Origin: an uncultured virus (IMG/VR IMGVR_UViG_3300017941_000006)
Taxonomy: Duplodnaviria; Heunggongvirae; Uroviricota; Caudoviricetes
Strand: one strand, 5' to 3'
DNA: 64,000 bases
Virus record (IMG/VR): IMGVR_UViG_3300017941_000006
In this document: piece by piece, positions 28,828-37,557 of the stretch
How the letters are laid out: each line of letters begins with the position of its first letter
Position numbering within the stretch: position 1 is the first letter of the stretch
Position numbers and translations under genes: made by a program
The notes under the pieces: generated by a model
What the model was told of the DNA's origin: nothing
The model's input: only the letters and a program-made list of their open reading frames with translations
Databases searched by the model: none

Positions 28828-29534
28828 AACGCATTCTCTTAATCATTATTTTTTCAGTAATCTTGCCACTTTCAGCAAACGCTGAAAATTACAGAATACC
28901 AATTTTAATGTATCATCACATCTTGGTAACAGATAAACTTACCGGGGTTTTAAAAGATTTATCGTGTTCGCCAGGACTTTTTAGAAGTCATCTCGATTAT
29001 CTACAAGAGAATGGCTATCATATTATTACGTTTAAAGATGTGATGAGTGGGAATACCCCGAATAAACCGGTCATCCTGACTTTCGACGATGGAAGTCTTT
29101 CTCAATGGCAGGCCTATGAGGAACTTTCCCGTAGAGGCATGAAGGGAGTGTTTTTTATAACTGTCCGATTCTTAGATGGACATGGCATGCTTTCCAGCAA
29201 GCAAATAGAAACTATGCTTAGCTCTTCGATGGAAATAGGAAGTCACACATTAACTCATCCTAACCTACCCAGAATCAAGTGGAGTGAAGCTGAGAAAGAA
29301 ATTAGACAAAGTAAGTCAGAACTTGAAAGCCGATTCAAAACAAATGTAGTGTCGTTTGCTTACCCTTACGGGGCTTATAGCGGAAGACTTATGGGAGTTG
29401 TTGAAAATGCTGGTTATCATTACGGAAGGACAACCAATGAGAGTGTAGCTTATTTCGGTAGGGAAAAGAATTTTAATTTGCCGATAGTTTATATCCACTG
29501 CAATACAAAGGATTTAGGGAGGCTATTAAAATAA
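28824..29534 (+). CDS. polysaccharide deacetylase (NodB/CE4) with signal peptide
   Basis: MKRILLIIIFSVILPLSANA|E, PILMYH, LTFDDG, GSHTLTH, FAYPYG. Confidence 0.9.
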   Translation: MKRILLIIIFSVILPLSANAENYRIPILMYHHILVTDKLTGVLKDLSCSPGLFRSHLDYLQENGYHIITFKDVMSGNTPNKPVILTFDDGSLSQWQAYEELSRRGMKGVFFITVRFLDGHGMLSSKQIETMLSSSMEIGSHTLTHPNLPRIKWSEAEKEIRQSKSELESRFKTNVVSFAYPYGAYSGRLMGVVENAGYHYGRTTNESVAYFGREKNFNLPIVYIHCNTKDLGRLLK

Positions 29535-29677
29535 TGTCTCTTATTTGCAGTCATTATTATGCTAATCCGTTTCGCAATCAATTTCCTGACAAAGAAGAAA
29601 TAAATAAATACAGACTTTATTGGTGCGATGAGTGTAAAAAGTGGTTTTCATTCTTGGAGGAGGAATATTGGAGATGA
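29534..29677 (+). CDS. 47-aa hypothetical protein (not in the ORF track)
   Basis: TAATG and ATGA overlaps; WCDECKKW. Confidence 0.4.
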   Translation: MSLICSHYYANPFRNQFPDKEEINKYRLYWCDECKKWFSFLEEEYWR

Positions 29678-30291
29678 GTATACATGAAGAAATGATTAAC
29701 TATTGTAGGGTATTAGCTGGAAACTCGGTATGCAAAAAGATGAAGGTCGGAGCTGTGGTTCTTAAAGATGGAACTATTGTATCGAGAGGGTGGAATTTCC
29801 CCTATGACAATCAGGTTTGTGAGCCATGTCTAAGAGAAGGTGTAAGAAGCGGAACTCAATTAGAGAGATGCCGTGGTGTCCATGCTGAACAATCTTGTAT
29901 TCTTTATGCTTTGCAAAATAAGATCGATCTAACAGGCGGTATAATGTATGTTGGTGCTGTATATCCTGATGGAGAGCCGCTTATCAAGCCTCTCAAAGAA
30001 TTCTCATGCACTTTTTGCTCGAGACTTCTTTATCAACTCGGCCTTGTCGGGGTTGCCGAACATACAATAAGAGGAGTTGAAATTTTGACTATGGATGAAG
30101 TTATGGAGACAAGCTATAAAGTAGCCTTGAAAGTTCCGGAATGTTATTATTGCACAAATAACTATCCTCTTAATTATTGGTCTGGCTTTGGCTGGTATCA
30201 TTATCTTCCCGATGGCGGCCCAGATAAAGAATGTGTAAATCCAGAAGTACAGAAAAGGCCCAATCCAGATGAGGAGCCAGATGAAGCCTGA
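29674..30291 (+). CDS. dCMP deaminase-family protein
   Basis: C.K.KVGAV, GWN, HAEQ, SCTFC; start taken as ATG at 29674. Confidence 0.85.
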   Translation: MSIHEEMINYCRVLAGNSVCKKMKVGAVVLKDGTIVSRGWNFPYDNQVCEPCLREGVRSGTQLERCRGVHAEQSCILYALQNKIDLTGGIMYVGAVYPDGEPLIKPLKEFSCTFCSRLLYQLGLVGVAEHTIRGVEILTMDEVMETSYKVALKVPECYYCTNNYPLNYWSGFGWYHYLPDGGPDKECVNPEVQKRPNPDEEPDEA

Positions 30292-30967
30292 AGTATCAAT
30301 TATAATCCCTGTTTACAATAAGTTTGAATGGACTAAGAAATGCATCGAGTCTATTTGGGATTATTCCCGGTATTACGACTACGAGATTATTGTGGTAGCC
30401 AATGGATGCACCGATGATACTGTAGAATGGGTAAAGTCCAGCTTACATCTTTGTCTGAGAGTTTTTAAGAAACCTTTGGGATACGGAAAAGCCGTAAACG
30501 CTGGGATTAAAGTTGCTTTAGGAAAGTATTTTATTTTGTTGAACAATGATACGCTAATACTTGGTGAGACTTGGATAAGGCAGCTAATACAACCTTTTGA
30601 TGATCCGAAAGTTGGAATTACCGGGCCTTTAATGTCATGGTCTCCGGACGTAAAAAGCCAGTTTCTTATTTTCTTTTGTGTTTGTATTCCAAGGTGGATG
30701 CCAAGCAAGATAGGTCTTCTTGATGGCAAAACATTTAAAGAGGGTTATGGAGAAGACATAGATTATTGTATGCGGATAATGAAAGCTGGATACACTCTTA
30801 TGCCAGTTCCAAATAGTCCTTTAAAGCAAGAAAGTGGAACTAATGTAGGTACTTTCCCTATATTTCATGAGGCAGAGATCACAGTTCATGATAAAAATCT
30901 TGTCCCAAGCTGGGGTAAAATAGTAGAGAGAAATCGAAAGATTTTAAGAGATAGATATTTAAGGTAG
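30281..30967 (+). CDS. GT2-family glycosyltransferase
   Basis: SIIIPVYN, NGCTD, LLNND, GYGEDIDYC; start taken as ATG at 30281. Confidence 0.88.
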   Translation: MKPEVSIIIPVYNKFEWTKKCIESIWDYSRYYDYEIIVVANGCTDDTVEWVKSSLHLCLRVFKKPLGYGKAVNAGIKVALGKYFILLNNDTLILGETWIRQLIQPFDDPKVGITGPLMSWSPDVKSQFLIFFCVCIPRWMPSKIGLLDGKTFKEGYGEDIDYCMRIMKAGYTLMPVPNSPLKQESGTNVGTFPIFHEAEITVHDKNLVPSWGKIVERNRKILRDRYLR

Positions 30968-31060
30968 ATGAACGAACCTACCATAGCTTATCTTAGATGA
31001 ACTAATCTTTTATCTTATATACCTTATTATGTAGGGAGTCATTCCGAAGGGAGTATTTTC

Positions 31061-31378
31061 ATGACTACATCAGAAGGGAAGATTTACGTGTCAGAGATCG
31101 GGATTCCGGTCGAGGTCAAAACAGGAATTGACCTTACTGGAGCCTCAACCCATGTTCTTCACATTTTCAAACCAAACGGCATAAAAAAAGATTGGATAGC
31201 CATCCCGGATTCTGATCTAAAAAGTGGAATACTTCATTATACCACGGTGCAAGGCGATTTAGATCAAGCTGGGAACTACAAGTTGCAGTCGGAAGTGAAG
31301 TGGATGAGCGGAAACACTATTACAAAATTGGTTAAGGGGGAAACTGCAATTTTTAAAATTTATGAGCTATGGGAGTAG
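31061..31378 (+). CDS. BppU-N-like virion adaptor domain protein
   Basis: IDLTGA...KPNG...GILHYTTVQGDLDQAGNYKLQ. Confidence 0.55.
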   Translation: MTTSEGKIYVSEIGIPVEVKTGIDLTGASTHVLHIFKPNGIKKDWIAIPDSDLKSGILHYTTVQGDLDQAGNYKLQSEVKWMSGNTITKLVKGETAIFKIYELWE

Positions 31379-31560
31379 AGATGGAACTAAGCTTAAATTC
31401 TCAAATTTGCGATGGTATTGATGTGTCGAGTCCGATGTATTTGTACTTGTTAGTCGAATCTTCAGTTGAAGGGAAGGGAATCTATCTTTCCTCATCTATT
31501 AAAACATCAATGTTAATAAGGTCTTCGGAGTATGCAGACGTAAACAGTTCGCCAGTTTAA
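31369..31560 (+). CDS. hypothetical protein
   Basis: 63-aa Ser-rich ORF. Confidence 0.4.
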   Translation: MGVEMELSLNSQICDGIDVSSPMYLYLLVESSVEGKGIYLSSSIKTSMLIRSSEYADVNSSPV

Positions 31561-31562
31561 AC

Positions 31563-33293
31563 ATGAAAGGATTAAAAATGAGAGTAGAGATTGTTGTACC
31601 AACAAAAGATAGATACGAAAATTTGGCACTTTTACTATGGTCTTTGTGTGAACAAACTCATAAAGAATGGGATGTCACAATAATTGATGATTCCGAAAAT
31701 ATACAAGATATAAGAAATATTCCGTTTATATACCCTATACTTAGAAGAATGGATGAAGGGCATTCCTGGCAAGTTAAATACGGCCTTAAAAGAGGTCCGC
31801 AACATTCTCACCAGATTGGCATTATTGAAGCACGAAGTCCTCATATTTTTCGAGTTGATGACGATTGTATTTTAGATAGCGAAGCTCTTGAGAAGTTGGT
31901 GTCCACTTGGGAGAAGATTGAAAAAGAAGGGACTAAACTTGGAGCTATTGCCCCGGTTGTTGTCGATCCTGTATCTCCTCCTGAGTATAAAATTCTTCCA
32001 TTGGGCTTTAGAAGTTTTAAGAAGTTTCAGGGCAAGATAGATGAATACGGGGTTGTTTATGGAGATCAGCAATGGCGAAAGCATCCCGATAAGTTGATTC
32101 AGCCTGTAGAACACTTATACAGTTCCTTCCTATATAGCCTTAAAGCTGCGAACGACATAGGGGGCTACGATTTAGATTACAATAAAGTTGGTCACAGGGA
32201 AGAGACAGATTTCACGTATCGAATGTTTCAAAGAGGATACAAGCTTTTTATTCAACCGGAATCTTTGGTTTGGCATCTTAGGAATCCGATTGGAGGTATT
32301 CGTTCTTTTACTCAGAAAGAACTTTGGGAGCAATGCGAAGATCGTTTTAGAAGAAAGTTTGGATTTAAGGCTGGGAAAAATCAAGATGCAGTTATAAAGA
32401 TATTCGGAGGTTTAGGTGATCATCTATGTGCCACTCCGATGATAAGAGCACTTAAAAAGAAAGCAGAAAAGGCAGCACATAAGATAGTGATTTCTTCTAT
32501 CTATCCTTATCTCTTTCAAGATAATGCAAATATCGATGAATTAATATATGCTCCGGAAGAGAACATGTATCAATGGGTTACTCAGCCAGATGTTTATAGG
32601 TGGGGGAATGATAACAAGTTCACTGATAAACTCTCGGAGGCCTGGTGCAGAGCTCTTGGTGTGGAATACGATGGAGACAAACTGGATTACGTTATTCATG
32701 ACAAGGAAAGAGAATGGGTTTGCGAGACAATTAAATTCTTTGGAACAGGTAAAACTGCAATTCCTAAAGACAAGTACGTGCTTATTTCTACAACCGCAGG
32801 AGTAACCCCTATCCAGTATGTTGATATCACTGCTCTTGCATCTTCGAAGAAAGACAAAACATCTCTCAAAGATTGGTCTAATCAAAAGTGGGAGAAGTTG
32901 GTTAAAGAGATAAAGAATTTAGATTTAAAGGTCTATCAAGTAGGAGGTAGTAATGATGAGAAAATTAAATCATGCGACCGTCAATTTTTAGGAATTGATT
33001 ATAGATTGAGTATTGCTTTACTTGAAAAGTGCGAATGCTTCGTAAGTGTCGATACGTTTTTACAACATGCCGGACACGCTATCGGAAAGAAGGGAGTGGT
33101 TCTTTTTGGCCCAACTGATCCGATAATTTTTGGTCATGAAACTAATCTGAATATTTGTTATAACAAATGTCCTCATCGAAAGTCCTGCCTCCGAGGAAGT
33201 CCATGGCTTACTCGGGCTCATTGTGATACCAGAGATTGTATGAAGGGTATCACAGTCAAAGAAGTCCTGAGTAAAGTCAAATCCTTAATTTAA
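31563..33293 (+). CDS. GT2-GT9 fusion glycosyltransferase
   Basis: N-half RVDDD, HREETDF; C-half GGLGDHL, VDTFLQHAGHA..VVLFGPT. Confidence 0.85.
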   Translation: MKGLKMRVEIVVPTKDRYENLALLLWSLCEQTHKEWDVTIIDDSENIQDIRNIPFIYPILRRMDEGHSWQVKYGLKRGPQHSHQIGIIEARSPHIFRVDDDCILDSEALEKLVSTWEKIEKEGTKLGAIAPVVVDPVSPPEYKILPLGFRSFKKFQGKIDEYGVVYGDQQWRKHPDKLIQPVEHLYSSFLYSLKAANDIGGYDLDYNKVGHREETDFTYRMFQRGYKLFIQPESLVWHLRNPIGGIRSFTQKELWEQCEDRFRRKFGFKAGKNQDAVIKIFGGLGDHLCATPMIRALKKKAEKAAHKIVISSIYPYLFQDNANIDELIYAPEENMYQWVTQPDVYRWGNDNKFTDKLSEAWCRALGVEYDGDKLDYVIHDKEREWVCETIKFFGTGKTAIPKDKYVLISTTAGVTPIQYVDITALASSKKDKTSLKDWSNQKWEKLVKEIKNLDLKVYQVGGSNDEKIKSCDRQFLGIDYRLSIALLEKCECFVSVDTFLQHAGHAIGKKGVVLFGPTDPIIFGHETNLNICYNKCPHRKSCLRGSPWLTRAHCDTRDCMKGITVKEVLSKVKSLI

Positions 33294-33316
33294 TACAAAA
33301 TCCGTAAGAGGTAGTT

Positions 33317-35629
33317 GTGATAGGTATCCGATATTCCGGAGGGATCGCTGGTTATAGCGGTTACTCTGGGCATAGCACATCTGGATTTTCAGGATACTCT
33401 GGATTTTCAGGTTATTCAGGCTTTTCCGGCTACTCAGGCCAAGGTCCACGAGGATTTCAAGGAGATTCTGGCTACTCTGGATACTCTGGGATAGGAACAT
33501 CAGGGTATTCAGGGCGAAGCGGATACTCAGGTTTTTCAGGCGGGCAAGGGATTCGTGGTCTTTCTGGATATAGTGGGATAGGAACATCTGGTTATTCTGG
33601 TATTTCAGGGTACTCTGGACTTTCAGGTTACTCGAGCGATTCAGGTTACTCTGGAATTTCTGGCTTCTCCGGTTCTGGATTTTCAGGATACTCAGGTATA
33701 GGAGCTTCAGGGTACTCAGGTTTTTCCGGAATTGGATCTTCAGGCTACTCTGGAACTTCAGGTTACTCGAGTGCTTCAGGTTATTCAGGGGAATCGGGAT
33801 ATTCTGGGATAGGAATATCAGGTTACTCTGGGTTAGGTGTATCAGGCTACTCTGGGAAGTCGGGCTACTCTGGATTAGGAACGTCAGGATATTCAGGCAT
33901 TTCTGGATACTCCGGTCTTTCGGGATACTCGAGTGCTTCAGGTTACTCCGGGATTTCAGGCTATTCAAGTGTATCGGGTTACTCTGGGATTAATGGATAC
34001 TCTGGATTCTCCGGAAGACAAGGCAATAAAGGAGATTCAGGAGCATCAGGTTATTCAGGATTAGGAACTTCAGGATACTCAGGTTATTCTGGAATTGGAA
34101 CATCAGGATTCTCAGGATATTCTTCAGACATATCAGGAGCTCAAGGACTTAGTGGAGTATCTGGTTATAGTGGGAAGTCTGGTAGATCGGGAACTTCGGG
34201 TTACTCAGGATTAGGAACTTCAGGCTACTCTGGATACTCCGGGCTTTCAGGATACTCGAGTATATCAGGTTACTCTGGGATTAGTGGATACTCTGGGATT
34301 TCAGGATACTCTGGGATTTCAGGTATATCCGGACAAGATGGAATTTGGGGTCTTGCTGGTGATTCAGGTTACTCTGGGGAATCAGGATACTCTGGGCTAC
34401 CAGGAGATAGTTCTTCATCAGGATATAGCGGCCAGTCGGGTTACTCTGGATTAGGAACGTCAGGATACTCTGGATTAGGAACGTCAGGCTATTCTGGAAT
34501 TTCAGGATACTCGAGTGCTTCAGGATACTCCGGGCTTTCAGGTTATTCAAGCATATCAGGTTACTCTGGGATTTCGGGTTACTCTGGTTTAGGATTTTCA
34601 GGTGGAGCAGGTGACTCTGGTATTTCAGGCTACTCTGGGCTTTCAGGATATTCAGGAATCGGAACTTCTGGATACTCTGGGATTTCAGGCTATTCATCTT
34701 CAGTAGCTGGGACATCAGGATACTCTGGGATTTCAGGATACTCTGGAATTTCAGGTTACTCTGGACTTTCTGGGTACTCTGGACTTTCTGGGTACTCAAG
34801 TGACTCTGGTTATTCTGGTATTTCAGGATATTCATCTTCAGTAGCTGGGACATCAGGATACTCTGGGATTTCAGGATACTCTGGTACTTCAGGTTATTCA
34901 TCTTCAGTAATTGGAACATCTGGATACTCAGGGATTAGTGGATACTCTGGGATAGGAACATCAGGGTATAGTGGTATCTCTGGTTACTCTGGGATTTCAG
35001 GTTACTCTGGTTATTCAAGCACATCAGGTTATTCTGGTATTTCAGGATACTCTGGTATTTCTGGATACTCTGGTTATTCTGGTATTTCCGGATACTCTGG
35101 TATTTCAGGGTATAGTGGTATCTCTGGTTACTCTGGGATTTCAGGTTACTCAAGTGATTCTGGTTACTCTGGCATCTCAGGTTATTCAAGCACTTCAGGA
35201 TACTCTGGGATTTCAGGATACTCTGGGATTTCAGGATGGTCTGGAGCAACAGGAGGAACTGGAACAGGAACTTCTGGATACTCAGCCCCTGCATCCCCAG
35301 GGCCTTTTGGAATTACCTTGGATGCCCAGGGCGGAGTAATTTCAACAGGTAGCAAGGGCTTTATTGTGATCCCTTATGCAGGGACGATAACTCACTGGTA
35401 TCTGATTGCAGATGTAACCACTGGGTCAATTCAATTTGATTTAAAAACTGGTGGATCTTCCATTATCGGGGGTGGAAACAAACCCATTCTCACTACACAA
35501 CAAAGGGCAGATGCAGCACAATCAGGTTGGAATAGTTCTGGTGTAATTACAGCAAATCAAGAGATAGAATTTAATGTGGATACAGCTTCAATACTTGGAA
35601 GAGTTAATTTGATAGTGGAGATGTCATAA
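33317..35629 (+). CDS. collagen-like (SGYSGX)n repeat fibre protein 1
   Basis: About 650 aa of Gly-X-Ser triplets, then a ~110-aa globular C-terminal domain. Confidence 0.8.
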   Translation: MIGIRYSGGIAGYSGYSGHSTSGFSGYSGFSGYSGFSGYSGQGPRGFQGDSGYSGYSGIGTSGYSGRSGYSGFSGGQGIRGLSGYSGIGTSGYSGISGYSGLSGYSSDSGYSGISGFSGSGFSGYSGIGASGYSGFSGIGSSGYSGTSGYSSASGYSGESGYSGIGISGYSGLGVSGYSGKSGYSGLGTSGYSGISGYSGLSGYSSASGYSGISGYSSVSGYSGINGYSGFSGRQGNKGDSGASGYSGLGTSGYSGYSGIGTSGFSGYSSDISGAQGLSGVSGYSGKSGRSGTSGYSGLGTSGYSGYSGLSGYSSISGYSGISGYSGISGYSGISGISGQDGIWGLAGDSGYSGESGYSGLPGDSSSSGYSGQSGYSGLGTSGYSGLGTSGYSGISGYSSASGYSGLSGYSSISGYSGISGYSGLGFSGGAGDSGISGYSGLSGYSGIGTSGYSGISGYSSSVAGTSGYSGISGYSGISGYSGLSGYSGLSGYSSDSGYSGISGYSSSVAGTSGYSGISGYSGTSGYSSSVIGTSGYSGISGYSGIGTSGYSGISGYSGISGYSGYSSTSGYSGISGYSGISGYSGYSGISGYSGISGYSGISGYSGISGYSSDSGYSGISGYSSTSGYSGISGYSGISGWSGATGGTGTGTSGYSAPASPGPFGITLDAQGGVISTGSKGFIVIPYAGTITHWYLIADVTTGSIQFDLKTGGSSIIGGGNKPILTTQQRADAAQSGWNSSGVITANQEIEFNVDTASILGRVNLIVEMS
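33340..35285 (+). repeat. degenerate 9/18-bp coding tandem repeat (tcaggatactctgggatt-like)
   Basis: Encodes SGYSGX; related tracts within 40375-42505 and 43303-43650. Confidence 0.85.
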
Positions 35630-35781
35630 TGAAAATTGATAGACCTTACTTTTGTAATCGTTGCCACAGAAGGATTGAAATTCCTGAGTGGTTGAAAAAT
35701 GCTAACTTTAAAGTTAGTGGTGCAGTTGTTATTAATTGCGGTAATTGCAAAAAGGGGAAAGTTAAAATAAATGGCAGCTAA
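35629..35781 (+). CDS. 50-aa zinc-finger protein (not in the ORF track)
   Basis: CNRC...CGNC; TAATG overlap. Confidence 0.5.
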   Translation: MKIDRPYFCNRCHRRIEIPEWLKNANFKVSGAVVINCGNCKKGKVKINGS

Positions 35782-37543
35782 AGTATTTTCTGATGCAGGT
35801 GGAAATTGGAGCAGTAATGGAGCTTGGGTTGGTGGTTCTCCAGCCGGTGCCATTGATACGGTTACTGCAACTGGAACATCTGGAAACATAACCATTGATG
35901 TACCAAGTGCTTGCACGAGTATTATCCTCACAAATTATGTGGGAATACTTACATTCAATGCTACACTTACAGTAGGTGGTACTGTGACTTTTGTTTCCGG
36001 GATGGGGACTATTGCCGGAACTTCAGATCTTATCTGCACAGTCGGAACGACCCTTACCTCTGGCACTAAGGTTTTAAGTGGAGGTCTTCAGCTTCAGGGA
36101 ACTAACCAGACATTCACCCTTGGAGATAATTGGTCTATTACTGGAGTACTAAATTTTAATGGGACAACCGGGACAGTTATAGGATGCACTGCTGTAAAAA
36201 CAATAACGGTTGCAGGTGGTCTCACAGTTGGGGTGACTGTTACAGTTAATAGCACTAACACGCCTGCAATTAGTATGACGGGAGGATCATGGACTGGGAC
36301 AGGTATTCTAAGAGTTAATTTAGAACTTAAAGGAACCATAACCCTTCTGAGTGGTACGCTATATTATGACACCAAAACACTGACCTATACAAGTGGTGTG
36401 ATAACCATTACTGGAAATACGATTTCAGTAGGGACAAACGTGACTTTTAACACATCTGGAATGAATTGGAATAACATTACGACTACTGGTGGTACTGGTT
36501 TTACTTTTACCCTTTCATCTGCTCTTAATGCGACAGGAACGTTTACTTGTACCACTACTGGAACAGTGACGATGTTTGGAAACTATGCGGTTTCTGTAGC
36601 TGCACTTACAATGATCTGCACTGGGTCTTTGCAACTCTATGGGAATTGGACGGTTTCTGGTGCTTTGACGATGAGCGATACGGGTGCCTGCGGAATATCT
36701 AACTATGCAGGGCAATCCCCTACTCTTCAGGCTGCATCGTGCACCTTCACCACCGGTACTGGTTATTATACCATTAGCATAGTAGCTATAACTATTACTG
36801 GTTCAACAACTGTATCTGCAAGTATAACTCTAAATGGAACTGGTACTTGGCATACTGCTGGAGCATCATGGGGTGCTTACACATTTGGTGGGTCTATAAG
36901 TTTCTATGTAACTGGTGGGACATTTTCTGGATCAGGGACGTTTGGGTCATATCTATACTTCGCTGGTGGAACTGTTACTTGTTCAGGAACGCTAACGGTT
37001 TCGGCAGCAACAATTAACTGGACTTCTGGTACTGTTGTAGCCCCTACTACACTTGTTTGTACCGCTAACCCACTCACATTAACTACCGATCCGATTCAAT
37101 GGAATAGTGTTACATTGCCTTCTGCAACAATTACCCTTAATTCTTTGCTTACGGCAACAGGAACTCTGACTCTTCCTAACAGCGGTAATGTTACCTTTGT
37201 TGGATCGTATGGTTTTACTTGTGGAACATTTACCAATACTGCACTAACTAATATTGCCAGGACATACACATTTGTTCATGGGGTAACGTATACAGTTACT
37301 GGTACTATAAGTGTTAGTGGAAACGCATCAGTTTCTCTAACACTTATTTCTGATCATGCCACACTAAAAGCAATTATTACCGTGCAAAGAGGAGCCACAC
37401 AAGACATTGGGTTTGTAACTGCAACACGGATTGATTCTTCTGCTGGGCAAGTAGTATATGACTATCACGGTACGGTTACTACATGTCTTAACTGGAATAC
37501 GGCAATTGGTGCACCGGCGACTGTGGCATTTACGTTTGCATAA
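35771..37543 (+). CDS. Thr/Gly-rich beta-solenoid-like virion or adhesin protein
   Basis: GGNWS..AWVGG start; repeating T-x-T-x-x-G strands; few charged residues. Confidence 0.65.
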   Translation: MAAKVFSDAGGNWSSNGAWVGGSPAGAIDTVTATGTSGNITIDVPSACTSIILTNYVGILTFNATLTVGGTVTFVSGMGTIAGTSDLICTVGTTLTSGTKVLSGGLQLQGTNQTFTLGDNWSITGVLNFNGTTGTVIGCTAVKTITVAGGLTVGVTVTVNSTNTPAISMTGGSWTGTGILRVNLELKGTITLLSGTLYYDTKTLTYTSGVITITGNTISVGTNVTFNTSGMNWNNITTTGGTGFTFTLSSALNATGTFTCTTTGTVTMFGNYAVSVAALTMICTGSLQLYGNWTVSGALTMSDTGACGISNYAGQSPTLQAASCTFTTGTGYYTISIVAITITGSTTVSASITLNGTGTWHTAGASWGAYTFGGSISFYVTGGTFSGSGTFGSYLYFAGGTVTCSGTLTVSAATINWTSGTVVAPTTLVCTANPLTLTTDPIQWNSVTLPSATITLNSLLTATGTLTLPNSGNVTFVGSYGFTCGTFTNTALTNIARTYTFVHGVTYTVTGTISVSGNASVSLTLISDHATLKAIITVQRGATQDIGFVTATRIDSSAGQVVYDYHGTVTTCLNWNTAIGAPATVAFTFA

Positions 37544-37557
37544 GAAAGGAGTAAATC

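Noticed and set aside
16581..33293. Host LPS/capsule locus or DNA hypermodification cluster
   Set aside because: No flippase, polymerase or nucleotide-sugar synthesis genes and no base hydroxymethylase seen; genes are interleaved with virion genes. Disfavoured rather than excluded
33340..35285. CRISPR array or non-coding satellite
   Set aside because: Repeats are in-frame codon-degenerate 9/18-mers with no unique spacers, and no cas genes are seen
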